This document shows positions 1 through 9,987 of a DNA stretch of 37,054 bases, piece after piece. Origin of the DNA: Thraustochytrium aureum (Eukaryota); NCBI GenBank assembly GCA_012862495.1, contig BLSG01000219.1, positions 26,154 to 63,207 on the forward strand, written 5' to 3'. A program made the position numbers and the translations under genes. The number at the start of each line of letters is the position of its first letter. Position 1 is the first letter of the stretch. The notes beneath the pieces were generated by a model. That model saw only the letters and a program-made list of their open reading frames with translations. It was not told the origin of the DNA and made no database searches.

Positions 1-266
1 TTGAGTTTGTGTTTGTGCACAAGGTGGTCGAGGCTTTTGGGCGGCCGGTGCCGAACTGGGTTGCGAACCAGAGCGGGGCCGCGAGTGCAGCGCCCGGCCG
101 CTCGGCGCCGTCCAGCCATTGAGCGTCGCTCACGTCAGGTCGCTAGAGAGTGCATCTTCCAGGGCAGCGGCGGCGGCGGCGGCGGGGCTGGAATGGAGCC
201 CACAGAAGTCTATAATAGCTCTAATCGAATAGTTTGGCAAGGAAACCGAATTTTCTGGGCTTGGCG

Positions 267-1670
267 TTACTCGGTTGGCAGCGCGAGGCACCGCAGGAAA
301 CTGCAGCTCTTCTCAAAGCCAACGCCGTTCGCAACCACGGCCTCGATCCAGTCCGACAAGGATATATCTACCATGGGTTCCACGCGGCAGGCAAGATCTG
401 GATCGCCTCGAACGAGCTGGGCGGCCTCACGCCCAACCTCCAGCAAGTCACTTAGCGTTGCATCGTCAAGCGCCTGCGCGGCAGTCGCGAGGTCAAGCGC
501 GGGGCAGCGTCCCGCGTCCCAACTTTGGCAGCCCAGGTCCTCAAAGAGGGGCGCGAGGCGCGAGTCCACCATGTCGCGGACCAGCTCCCGCGCCTCAGCA
601 TGCCCGAATGGTGGTGCCTGTGGGTCGCACTCCGCTCGAAGGGCCTCCTTGATCCTGACCACAAAATCAAGCGCAAACAGGGCCAGCGCACCAGGATACA
701 GCGCTGGGGTTTCGCGAAGAACGGCCTGCAGTTGGGGAGGGCGGAAGACGCGGCGATTCAACAGCTGCTTTTCGAGGGCCCGAATCCTCGAGCTGGAGAA
801 AAAGTTGACGTTGACACAGAGGTCCAGAGTCTCGACCGCGTGCAAATAATAGGGGGGGATGAAAAGCGCCTGGCCTTTTTGGAGCACGACGGAGCGGAAC
901 CGTTCGTCACCCTTGACGTGCCGGTTGAGCTCGGCGAGGCTGTCTTGCGTGATGTCTTTCTGGCTTTGGCGCCCAGAAAGGTGAAACGAAGGGAAAAGGC
1001 CAGCGTGGCGCCACAATGTGGGGCTGCCAATGATGAACCGCTTCGCCCCGACGAGTTGGCAGTTGAAGTTGGCCGCGGTATCGTAGTGCATTGCAGCGCG
1101 GATGTTTGCTTTCGCCATCCACAAAAAGCTATCCTGCAGGCCCAGGTCGACAGAAAACGTGTCAAAGTCGGCCACGTCGCGCCGTACGGTGTCAAGCTCG
1201 GGGTCCAAGATGCTCTTCGACCAGTATTGGGGGACGTCCGCGCGAGAGAAAAAATCGCTGGTAGACACATTGTGGAGCGTTTCCTGCTCCTCGGCCGCAT
1301 ACCCTGCGCTTTTCGCGAGGTCCGTCACCACGCTAAAGTTTTCGTTGATGAACCGACTCGAGTTGGCTTTGTTTCGCCGCACGCCCACCAGGGTCGGAAG
1401 GTTTTGTGCGATGTAGTCTGTCGTCCACACCTGTGCAGCTCGCCAGGAGCTGCAGGGTGCGTCCAAGACAACAACAGGCTCTGCCTGTGCGGTGATGCGC
1501 TCAATTTGCGGCTCTGAGGGCGATTCGCTGTCCCACTGCACATAGAGCGTGCCGTCGTCTCTCCTGTGCACGCTGCCTCGATCGGTGCTTTCGATCCGTG
1601 CAAGAGCAGCGGCAGCGGCGGCGGCGGCTGCCATGCTGACGCAATGGCGATATACTTTCTGGTGGCCCAT
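267..1670 (-). CDS. JmjC/cupin-like Fe(II)/2-oxoglutarate oxygenase (Cupin_8; FIH/JMJD5/HSPBAP1-like small JmjC hydroxylase)
   Basis: 467-aa ORF. HxD...H metal triad (MHYD...YLHAV), LW motif upstream, QLVGAKRF strand and LQKGQALFIPPYY, all typical of JmjC hydroxylases. Ala-rich N-terminus and Cys-containing helical C-terminal extension. Confidence 0.88.
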   Translation of the reverse strand: MGHQKVYRHCVSMAAAAAAAAALARIESTDRGSVHRRDDGTLYVQWDSESPSEPQIERITAQAEPVVVLDAPCSSWRAAQVWTTDYIAQNLPTLVGVRRNKANSSRFINENFSVVTDLAKSAGYAAEEQETLHNVSTSDFFSRADVPQYWSKSILDPELDTVRRDVADFDTFSVDLGLQDSFLWMAKANIRAAMHYDTAANFNCQLVGAKRFIIGSPTLWRHAGLFPSFHLSGRQSQKDITQDSLAELNRHVKGDERFRSVVLQKGQALFIPPYYLHAVETLDLCVNVNFFSSSRIRALEKQLLNRRVFRPPQLQAVLRETPALYPGALALFALDFVVRIKEALRAECDPQAPPFGHAEARELVRDMVDSRLAPLFEDLGCQSWDAGRCPALDLATAAQALDDATLSDLLEVGREAAQLVRGDPDLACRVEPMVDISLSDWIEAVVANGVGFEKSCSFLRCLALPTE

Positions 1671-1881
1671 GGGCGAACCTCTGCAGGCTGAGGCGGCTCA
1701 GCCCTTGGCTTTGCTGCTGCAGTCCGCTTGCCCATGCCTGCTTTTCGAGACGCTAACGATAGGCTTTTGCCTAAGCACTTTGCCAGGGTAAAAGTGCCAG
1801 GCGCTGCGCGGTGTAACAACAGTTCCAAGTTTTGGAGTCGCCCAGCCCGTCCTTCGCCAGCCAAACTCTGGCGTCAAGAAA

Positions 1882-2340
1882 CTATCGCTCGCGAGAAGTC
1901 TCCGTGGCGAGTCGAAGGAGCTCGTCGTGGACCGTTCGNNNNNNNNNNNNNNNNNNNNNNNNNNNNNNNNNNNNNNNNNNNNNNNNNNNNNNNNNNNNNN
2001 NNNNNNNNNNNNNNNNNNNNNNNNNNNNNNNNNNNNNNNNNNNNNNNNNNNNNNNNNNNNNNNNNNNNNNNNNNNNNNNNNNNNNNNNNNNNNNNNNNNN
2101 NNNNNNNNNNNNNNNNNNNNNNNNNNNNNNNNNNNNNNNNNNNNNNNNNNNNNNNNNNNNNNNNNNNNNNNNNNNNNNNNNNNNNNNNNNNNNNNNNNNN
2201 NNNNNNNNNNNNNNNNNNNNNNNNNNNNNNNNNNNNNNNNNNNNNNNNNNNNNNNNNNNNNNNNNCCCCGAGCGCCGCCCTCTGCACTCGCGCACGCACG
2301 CAGCCCCAAGCTCGGAGACACGCGCCTGCTTGTGGACCAT
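1882..2340 (-). CDS. Possible small gene lying mostly inside the N-gap
   Basis: Coding-like helical end RTVHDELLRLATETSRER* left of the gap and an ATG at 2340. Frame continuity across the gap cannot be verified. Confidence 0.25.
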   Translation of the reverse strand: MVHKQARVSELGAACVRECRGRRSGXXXXXXXXXXXXXXXXXXXXXXXXXXXXXXXXXXXXXXXXXXXXXXXXXXXXXXXXXXXXXXXXXXXXXXXXXXXXXXXXXXXXXXXXXXXXXXXXXXXXXXXXXXXXXRTVHDELLRLATETSRER

Positions 2341-2645
2341 CCCTCAATATAATATTAGCGGGAGGCCCTCTGTAATATATAGCGTGTTCCCCGCTGTGGC
2401 GTATTTAGCGTGCCAAACCTAACCCAGAGGGTCACTTTCGCGCAAACCCCCAAGAAGTCCTCAATAGAATATATTAGCGGGCACTTCCCGCTGTAATATC
2501 TATAGCGGGTCTGCTAGCCCTCAATATAATATATTAGCGGGTAACTCCCGCTGTAATATATATAGCGGATCTGGGCTTTCCAGCCCTCAATATAATATAG
2601 CGGGGAATACGTTGCCAACCTAACCCGGCGGGTCGCGTTCGCGCT
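2341..2645. repeat. AT-rich palindromic direct-repeat array (4 units) with two CCAA(A)CCTAACCC-containing motifs
   Basis: Units start with (C)CCTCAATA at 2341, 2459, 2518 and 2584. Units 2 and 3 contain TATATTAGCGGG-N5-CCCGCTGTAATAT. CCAAACCTAACCC..GGGTC..TTCGCGC at ~2413 recurs at ~2615. Confidence 0.9.
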
Positions 2646-2891
2646 TGCCCCTCTACCTTCCTCCTTCCGCTGTTATTTAGGTACATGGGTTCAGGAAAAT
2701 AGCGGAGAGAGTGAACGATTCACTCGTTCGAACTGGCGAACCGGCAGAGCCCTATCGCGCGAGCGGGCAGGCGGGTCGCGGCAGCAGGCAGGCGCGCGCG
2801 GAAGGGCGGTGGCTACGTGCGCGGCCTTCGCTCGACAACGCGCTGCGCGCGCGCGCGTCGGACGGACTGCGGCTCGGGCTGCCTGGGCGGG

Positions 2892-3583
2892 ATGGCGGCG
2901 ATGCCGAGCTCCGCAACGGCGGGGGCGGCGGGCACAGCGCGCAGGACGCGCCTCGCGCAGAGTGCTGCCTGCTGAGCAGGGACGGGAAGAGGTTTGTGGT
3001 GGCGCTCAAGGTGGCGAGGGTGTCGGTGCTGGTGCGCGAGATGACGGAGGACATGGAGGGGAGCGAGGAGATCATCGAGGTGCCGCTGCCCAACGTGGAC
3101 GGGGAGGTTTTACAAAAGGTTCTCGAGTTCTGCGAGCACCACGTGGTCAGCCCTTTGCCAGACTTTGAAAAGCCACTGCGCAGCGCAGTGCTCGAGGAGT
3201 TCATCCCAGAGTGGTACGTCAAGTTCATTGACCTACCGGATGCCGAAGTATGTTCGTTGATTTTGGCCGCGAACTTCCTCGACGTCGCGCCGCTCCTGGA
3301 CTTGGCCTGCACTCACTTGGCCGCGCAGCTCAAGCGGTATGGTGCCGAAGAGTTTGACCAACGCTTCATGACGGGGAGCTTTGAGCTGATGGAAGAGGAG
3401 GCGGCGCTAGTCAGGGAGGAGAACTGCTGGGAGTTGGGTCCACCCCCGGCAGCGCACCTCGAGAGCTGTGAAAACTCTGCAATGGACCAGGCAGGGGATG
3501 TGTCCGGCGCCGCTCCGGGGGCCCGTGCGAGCGACGGGGACGGGGACGGGGACGACCAGGCGATGTCGTCTGGCACGAGCTGA
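2892..3583 (+). CDS. SKP1-like: Divergent SKP1-like protein (SKP1 paralog); start uncertain
   Basis: Contains LLSRDGKRF, EVPLPNVDGEVLQKVLEFCEHH, LILAANFLDVAPLLDLAC and EEEAALVREENCW. There is no in-frame ATG before the domain. The ATG at 2892 is out of frame and joins if the GCGCGC run at ~2937-2942 is corrected. Acidic low-complexity tail. Confidence 0.85.
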
Positions 3584-4378
3584 GGGCTTGTGCCAGGATG
3601 GATGCTCGTGAGGCGCTTCCAGCCGCGAGCTCTATTTAGTTTATGTTTGCCGAGTGTTTGTAGGGTACCTTTGCTTGGCGGACAAAGCAAGGCAAGGCGC
3701 GCTGCTGCTGCGGGCGGCGTTCGCGCTTAACGACCGACCTGCACAAGACAAAACTGGGTTTGCCTCGCTGCCAACTCGCAACACGTGGATGCTGTCGCAA
3801 ACGTGGATCCTGCAGTTGCGCTGCAGATGTGGCCGTGACCAACTATGGAAACGGCGCCGGGAGACACGCACACCGGGCTAGCGACACCTGCAGAGTATCG
3901 CGGAGGGTGCTCGAGTAGCCTTCTGCAGACTGAGACCACACGAGCCCAGGCTCGAGGCGGCCTGTAGCGACAGGCGATCCGCGTCCTTTTCGGATTGAGC
4001 GTGCTACTAGCTAGGAGGCCCAGAATCGCGTTGCGCTTGCTCGAGGCGCACCTGGGGCGCCGGTTCTCGCTTGAGCGAGAGTTTTGAGGGCGGCGGGTCT
4101 GGGCGAGTTCCAACGCACTGCCAGCCATCGCGCTCTGAGGCGGTCTCAACAAAGCTCATTCCTTGCGAAGCCCTGCTCAAGGTCCCGAACACACGGACTG
4201 CCAATGGCCAACAAAGATCAAGATGAAGAGGACAGAGCGAATGAGTTTCCTTCCTGCTTGTTCCGAAGTTCTTTTGTTTTGGTTCCCCCCCGCTCCCGAG
4301 AACCACATCATGCCTTTCCAGACGACAACGAAAGGAGCACGCGGCATTCGCCTCCCGCCCCCCTTTACCCAAAGGCAC

Positions 4379-4895
4379 TTAGGTGTCCTCGCACCACTTG
4401 TTCTCGTCGCGCACGCGCGCCTCCTCCTCTGGCGTAAAGTCGTTCGTGATGTTGAACGTCTCGCGGATGTCCTCCGGCGTCTTGCCCTTGATCATCGAGG
4501 CCACCTTGGCGCAGGTGAGGTCAAGCAGCGACTTGATGTCCATGTAGTTGGCAGCCAGAATCAGCTCGAACAGCAGGTCCTGGTCGAGGTCCACGAACTT
4601 GGCGTCCCACTCAGAGACGACCTCGCTCATGTTGGCGCTTTTCAGCGGCTTCTCAATTTCCGGCATCGGGTCCTTTACGTGGTGCTCGCAAAACTCGATC
4701 ACTTTCTCCAGCACAGCGCTCTTCACGTTGGGCAGCGGGATCTCCGGAACCGAGTCGTCGCCCTCTTCCTCGTCGATCATCTCCTTGACAAGCACGCTCA
4801 TCATGGCCGTTGCGCGGTCGAGCTCAAACCGCTTGTCATCCTGGCTCAGGGAGGGCGCACTTGCCCTTCACGGGGGATTCCGGAGCGTCGCCCAT
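4379..4895 (-). CDS. SKP1: S-phase kinase-associated protein 1 (canonical SKP1), with an apparent 1-bp insertion at 4849-4851
   Basis: Highly conserved IPLPNVKSAVLEKVIEFCEHH, LFELILAANYMDIKSLLDLTCAKVASMIKGKTPEDIRETFNITNDFTPEEEARVRDENKW. The ATG at 4895 (MGDAPESPVKGKCAL) joins LSQDDKRFEL if one base of the run at 4849-4851 is removed. Confidence 0.95.
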
Positions 4896-5487
4896 CGTGA
4901 TTCCCCGACGCCAAACTGCGCGCGCTTCAGCAACCTGTTCGCCCGTACAATTGCCCGCAGCATNNNNNNNNNNNNNNNNNNNNNNNNNNNNNNNNNNNNN
5001 NNNNNNNNNNNNNNNNNNNNNNNNNNNNNNNNNNNNNNNNNNNNNNNNNNNNNNNNNNNNNNNNNNNNNNNNNNNNNNNNNNNNNNNNNNNNNNNNNNNN
5101 NNNNNNNNNNNNNNNNNNNNNNNNNNNNNNNNNNNNNNNNNNNNNNNNNNNNNNNNNNNNNNNNNNNNNNNNNNNNNNNNNNNNNNNNNNNNNNNNNNNN
5201 NNNNNNNNNNNNNNNNNNNNNNNNNNNNNNNNNNNNNNNNNNNNNNNNNNNNNNNNNNNNNNNNNNNNNNNNNNNNNNNNNNNNNNNNNNNNNNNNNNNN
5301 NNNNNNNNNNNNNNNNNNNNNNNNNNNNNNNNNNNNNNNNNNNNNNNNNNNNNNNNNNNCGTGCCTGCGCGCCATCCAAAAAACCGTGCATCAATCCAAA
5401 CCGCCCAAAATCCGGCAAGCCAAAAGCCACGGCCCGCGGCCCGCGGCAGCGCTGCGGCTAACGTACCTGAGCAATACTCCTCCGCGC

Positions 5488-5570
5488 CTGCTGCTGCCGC
5501 CGCCGCCGCCGCTGCTGCTGCTGCGCTGCTGCTGCTGCTGCTGCTGCGCTGCTGCTGCTGCTGCTCTGCT
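5488..5570. repeat. Compound (CTG)n/(CCG)n microsatellite
   Basis: Interrupted CTG and CCG trinucleotide runs in intergenic DNA. Confidence 0.9.
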
Positions 5571-6103
5571 GGCTACTCGCCTCGTTCGTTCGATCCCCTA
5601 ATGAAGCCGAAGGGCCGGGCGATTTCGCGCGCTATATCGGCGTAACCAGTGCGCGAAGATACAGCGGTACGCCCGGTGTGTACTTTTTGATTACAGCGGG
5701 GCTGCTGTGAGGGTGCCCTGGTGCGCCGGAGGGGGCTTCGGTTGCGAGCGAACAGAGAACGTTCTAGATAAGAGAGGGGTTATGTAGTGAAAGGGCGGGG
5801 TATCTAGGAAAATAGAATGCCCAAGTCTATATGTATTATCCTGCTATATACAGGCAAAATTTTGTCCGTGGAAGGAGGGAGAAATACCCGAAGCCATGCC
5901 GCCCCTTCGACGGTCAAGAGCGGTCAAGAGTATGTGTCAAGAATAAGCCCCGTCGACGAGGTGAGGAGTACTGAAAGTCAAGAGTGAAGGAGACAGCGCA
6001 CCATCGAATCCCGAATCCCCAGGACGCAGCGAGTCGGACGTGCAGAACGGGAGGCACCACTGTTCGCAGATTGGCAACGGGAGTGCACGGCCAGGCAGCG
6101 ACG

Positions 6104-6235
6104 GCGCACGACGCACGCACGCACGCACGCACGGACGGTTCGACCACGCCTTTCCTGCTTGCCTGCCTGCCTTCCAGTCAGCCAGCGAGCCAGCCAGCGA
6201 GCCAGCCAGCCAGCCGGCCGGCCGGCGTGCCTGCC
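6104..6235. repeat. Tetranucleotide microsatellites (GCAC)n, (CCTG)n, (GCCA)n
   Basis: gcacgcacgcacgcacgcac, gcctgcctgcc and gccagcgagccagccagcgagccagccagccagcc are directly visible. Confidence 0.85.
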
Positions 6236-6383
6236 TACAAGAAGGGCTCGTGCATCGGTGGGCGTCGCGAGCGCGACGCTGGCAAAGGCGAAGGGACTCA
6301 CCGAGAGGTTGTGCGGGGTCTTGCGCGCAAGCGTGAGCTAGTTGACGAGGAAAATTTCGATTCACGCGAACGCGAACGGAAAC

Positions 6384-7736
6384 ATGGACGCCGCCTTGGA
6401 GCGGGGCCTGGCCGCCGAGAAGGTCAAGGTCGGCGCCGGGAACAAGGCGCCAGGGTACGCCTTCTCGACGCGCACGCTAAAGAAGGCTGCGCTGTTTCTG
6501 TGCATGGGGGCGAGCTTGCTGGTGCTCGGCACGCTCTTCAGCTACCGCTCCGCTGTGTACCAGCGGTACAAGGTGTACATGGCCGAAAAGCGGCTCTTCG
6601 ACGCGCAGCCTCCAGGGCGACGCAAACTCGATCGCGCAAAACTGCAGCTCGNNNNNNNNNNNNNNNNNNNNNNNNNNNNNNNNNNNNNNNNNNNNNNNNN
6701 NNNNNNNNNNNNNNNNNNNNNNNNNNNNNNNNNNNNNNNNNNNNNNNNNNNNNNNNNNNNNNNNNNNNNNNNNNNNNNNNNNNNNNNNNNNNNNNNNNNN
6801 NNNNNNNNNNNNNNNNNNNNNNNNNNNNNNNNNNNNNNNNNNNNNNNNNNNNNNNNNNNNNNNNNNNNNNNNNNNNNNNNNNNNNNNNNNNNNNNNNNNN
6901 NNNNNNNNNNNNNNNNNNNNNNNNNNNNNNNNNNNNNNNNNNNNCGCATCCGCTCGTACACCTCCTCGCGCATCGAGGACGCGCTCGCGCTCGTCCCCGA
7001 CGACCAGGCGTACACGGGCATCAAGGTCCGCGACATGCTCCGCAAGATCGAAAAGTACATCGACGACGAGCGCAAGGACTTTGAGGAGGAGTACGAGCGC
7101 GCCGAGGCCAAGCGCCGCGAGCAGATCGACGCGCTGCGCCAAAAGCAGACGGAAGCTCTCGAAAAGCTGCTGACCCGCGTCACCGACGTCCGCCTCGAGG
7201 CGCTCGAGGAGATGCTCTCCGACCTTTTCGAACGCGTCGAAACCTCCGTCGAGGTCTCGCTCCCCGAAGGGTACTGGGAGCCACTCGAAGACCTCGTCGA
7301 CCGCCTCTACCAAGAGGACCTCTCGCTCGAGCAAGGCCGTTCCGAGTTTAACCTCAAGTTCCGCCCCTATTTCGGCATGGCAGGTCTGCCCAGCGCGCTC
7401 GTGGCCCGCGTCGACGCGGCCAAGGAGCATGGCGAGCTTGCCGACGTGCTCGACGAGATATACGAGGGCGCGCAGATTTTCAAGGGCCGCGAGGAGCTCA
7501 AGAAGATCAACCGGGAGTGGGTCAAATTCCAGGATACCGACAAGATTGACCACCACGACGAGAAGGCCGTCGAGAAGGCAGAGCAGGCGTACGCCAAGGC
7601 GACGGTGGACGCGATCCTGCAGGTGCAAGAGCTCATCAACAAGGGCCTCATCCCGCAGGACTTTCTCGATTTCGACGCAATCGACCTCGTTTCCGACGAC
7701 GACGACGACGACGTCGGGGAAAGCGAGCGGAGCTAG
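6384..7736 (+). CDS. Hypothetical single-pass membrane protein with acidic helical/coiled-coil C-terminal region (interrupted by N-gap)
   Basis: ATG at 6384 and TM-like AALFLCMGASLLVLGTLF. Strong GC3 codon bias on both sides of the gap. Ends in a poly-Asp tail with stop at 7736. Confidence 0.75.
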   Translation: MDAALERGLAAEKVKVGAGNKAPGYAFSTRTLKKAALFLCMGASLLVLGTLFSYRSAVYQRYKVYMAEKRLFDAQPPGRRKLDRAKLQLXXXXXXXXXXXXXXXXXXXXXXXXXXXXXXXXXXXXXXXXXXXXXXXXXXXXXXXXXXXXXXXXXXXXXXXXXXXXXXXXXXXXXXXXXXXXXXXXXXRIRSYTSSRIEDALALVPDDQAYTGIKVRDMLRKIEKYIDDERKDFEEEYERAEAKRREQIDALRQKQTEALEKLLTRVTDVRLEALEEMLSDLFERVETSVEVSLPEGYWEPLEDLVDRLYQEDLSLEQGRSEFNLKFRPYFGMAGLPSALVARVDAAKEHGELADVLDEIYEGAQIFKGREELKKINREWVKFQDTDKIDHHDEKAVEKAEQAYAKATVDAILQVQELINKGLIPQDFLDFDAIDLVSDDDDDDVGESERS

Positions 7737-8132
7737 GCGCCTCGCGTTTGCGCACAAGCAGAATCCGTTTCGCCAGTTGAGTTGTGCGCCGCTTTGACTC
7801 GGCGCGGGCCGAGCTTCGATCGTTGAAACGGAACAGTTTTTGCTTTGTTGCCTTTGTTTTCGAAACCGGCTGGACCCAGCCCAGCCGCCGAAGGGCTGGC
7901 CAGGGGCTTCTTTCGTTTGGCCAGGGTTTTGACCAAGTGCATGAGCCTCGCTAGGGGGACCTATGCCCTCGTTTAAATTGAAAAGGGAGACGCGGACCCA
8001 GTGCTGCGCAGCGAATGGCGTGGAAACCTCGCTCGTGCATCACCGCCGTGCTGTCAATGGCAGGACCACTCATGTGCTGTCCGTCGCACTGCTCAACAAC
8101 TGGCCTGCCCAAGCTGGGGCGGCGATACGAGG

Positions 8133-8248
8133 CCCTCGCAGCAGCGGCGGCAGCGGCCGTCTCGGCAGAGCGACCGCGGACAGCGCTAGCCCCTCGCAGC
8201 AGCGGCGGCAGCGGCTGTCTCGGCAGAGCGACCGCGGACAGCGCGAGC
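8133..8248. repeat. 58-bp tandem repeat (2 copies, just before an N-gap)
   Basis: CCCTCGCAGCAGCGGCGGCAGCGGC(C/T)GTCTCGGCAGAGCGACCGCGGACAGCGC starts at 8133 and at 8191. Confidence 0.9.
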
Positions 8249-9114
8249 CGCGCTGGCCNNNNNNNNNNNNNNNNNNNNNNNNNNNNNNNNNNNNNNNNNN
8301 NNNNNNNNNNNNNNNNNNNNNNNNNNNNNNNNNNNNNNNNNNNNNNNNNNNNNNNNNNNNNNNNNNNNNNNNNNNNNNNNNNNNNNNNNNNNNNNNNNNN
8401 NNNNNNNNNNNNNNNNNNNNNNNNNNNNNNNNNNNNNNNNNNNNNNNNNNNNNNNNNNNNNNNNNNNNNNNNNNNNNNNNNNNNNNNNNNNNNNNNNNNN
8501 NNNNNNNNNNNNNNNNNNNNNNNNNNNNNNNNNNNNNNNNNNNNNNNNNNNNNNNNNNNNNNNNNNNNNNNNNNNNNNNNNNNNNNNNNNNNNNNNNNNN
8601 NNNNNNNNNNNNNNNNNNNNNNNNNNNNNNNNNNNNNNNNNNNNNNNNNNNNNNNNNNNNNNNNNNNNNNNNNNNNNNNNNNNNNNNNNNNNNNNNNNNN
8701 NNNNNNNNNNNNNNNNNNNNNNNNNNNNNNNNNNNNNNNNNNNNNNNNNNNNNNNNNNNNNNNNNNNNNNNNNNNNNNNNNNNNNNNNNNNNNNNNNNNN
8801 NNNNNNNNNNNNNNNNNNNNNNNNNNNNNNNNNNNNNNNNNNNNNNNNNNNNNNNNAAGGAAGAAGAAAGCATTCAGGTCGAGAGGGTACCAAGTTGCGC
8901 ATCCACGCCGGCGCGCTCGCAGGCGTGTGGCTCTGCGGGGCGCGATGCAGCTTGGCAACGACAAAGAGTAGCTGGCTGATTTTGGTGTTCTCGGTTCGAC
9001 TCGCTCGTGCGCAGCGGCAGGGTCTCGAGCTGCAGGGCGAGCGCTCTGCCCCCGCACACGGTGACAATCGGCAGCTCACACGCGCGCCCTGGCGAGGCGT
9101 CAGGCCCGGCCTCG

Positions 9115-9987
9115 TCAGATAATCACGAAGATGAGCTGCGGCGCAATGTTCATCCCAATCGTCGTGCCCAGCCCGGGCTTGACGGCGCTGCCAATCGAAG
9201 CGCCGACAGCCGCAAGCACGCAAGCGCCGGAGCAGCGCAGTGCGTTCAAAACAAGGCGCCGCGCGTACGAGTCGTTGCGCGGGAGCCCGACCGACCCCTC
9301 CAGCTGCGGCGCGCTGTAGAAGGTGTGCCAGGTGTCGATGGCCTGGTTCACCGTAAACAAGGCCGACCAAAACATCATTGTGCCCTTCAGCGACGTCGAA
9401 AACACCTTGCCCATGATCGCCGCCGTGCCGTCGCCCTGGAACCGAGCAGCCTTGCGCTCTGCGCTGCGGGGTACATTCTTGACCAGAGACTTTGCCATCT
9501 TGGGGCCAGCCAGGAAACGAATCGCCAGCACCTCGTAAATGCGCTGCACGCTGACAATCGTCAGGTCGCGCAAAACACCTATCCGGAGGTTGCGGCTGAA
9601 CCCCTTCCAGATCGAGAGCTCGTGCTTGTGCCGGGACGGGGCCATCACGTCTGCGACCTCCATCTGCAGGATCGCCTCCTCGTCCTCTTCCTCAATCTCC
9701 TCGATGCGCTTGAGCACAGTCTGGAGCCGGGCCATGATGTTGACCACCGTGACCTTGAAGAAGATCACGCCTAGCCCGCCCGGGTAAAAGTGGCCCAGGA
9801 AGGGGAGCTGGTCGCCGACCAGCTCGCCGAGGACCGGGTCGCCAACCGAGGCCGCGAGAACCACCCGCGGAGTCAGGAAACTGCTCCCCTTGGCGATCCC
9901 GCACGACGCGAAACCAGCGCCATTAGTGCCGTTCACGTCGCTGCCCCGCTGAAGCAGGCTGACGTTCATGAATGCGGCAGCGCTCAT
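9115..9987 (-). CDS. Conserved hypothetical membrane-associated protein with Gly-rich hydrophobic C-terminus (may extend 5' into the gap)
   Basis: Open frame from the gap edge to the stop at 9115, candidate ATG at 9987. Contains SLVKNVPRSAERKA and C-terminal RCSGACVLAAVGASIGSAVKPGLGTTIG. Confidence 0.75.
   Translation of the reverse strand: MSAAAFMNVSLLQRGSDVNGTNGAGFASCGIAKGSSFLTPRVVLAASVGDPVLGELVGDQLPFLGHFYPGGLGVIFFKVTVVNIMARLQTVLKRIEEIEEEDEEAILQMEVADVMAPSRHKHELSIWKGFSRNLRIGVLRDLTIVSVQRIYEVLAIRFLAGPKMAKSLVKNVPRSAERKAARFQGDGTAAIMGKVFSTSLKGTMMFWSALFTVNQAIDTWHTFYSAPQLEGSVGLPRNDSYARRLVLNALRCSGACVLAAVGASIGSAVKPGLGTTIGMNIAPQLIFVII

Noticed and set aside
2413..2626. Telomeric repeats (CCTAACCC)
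   Set aside because: Only two isolated copies, not tandem.
2341..2645. CRISPR array
   Set aside because: The repeats are degenerate, the linkers are irregular in length, there are no cas genes and the context is eukaryotic.
3636..4378. Short ORFs between the SKP1 genes
   Set aside because: No recognisable domain or convincing coding pattern. Probably 3' UTRs or intergenic DNA.
7951..9057. Long ORFs spanning this N-gap (and similar X-filled ORFs elsewhere)
   Set aside because: Their length is an artefact of Ns lacking stop codons, and the flanks are repeats or low-complexity sequence.
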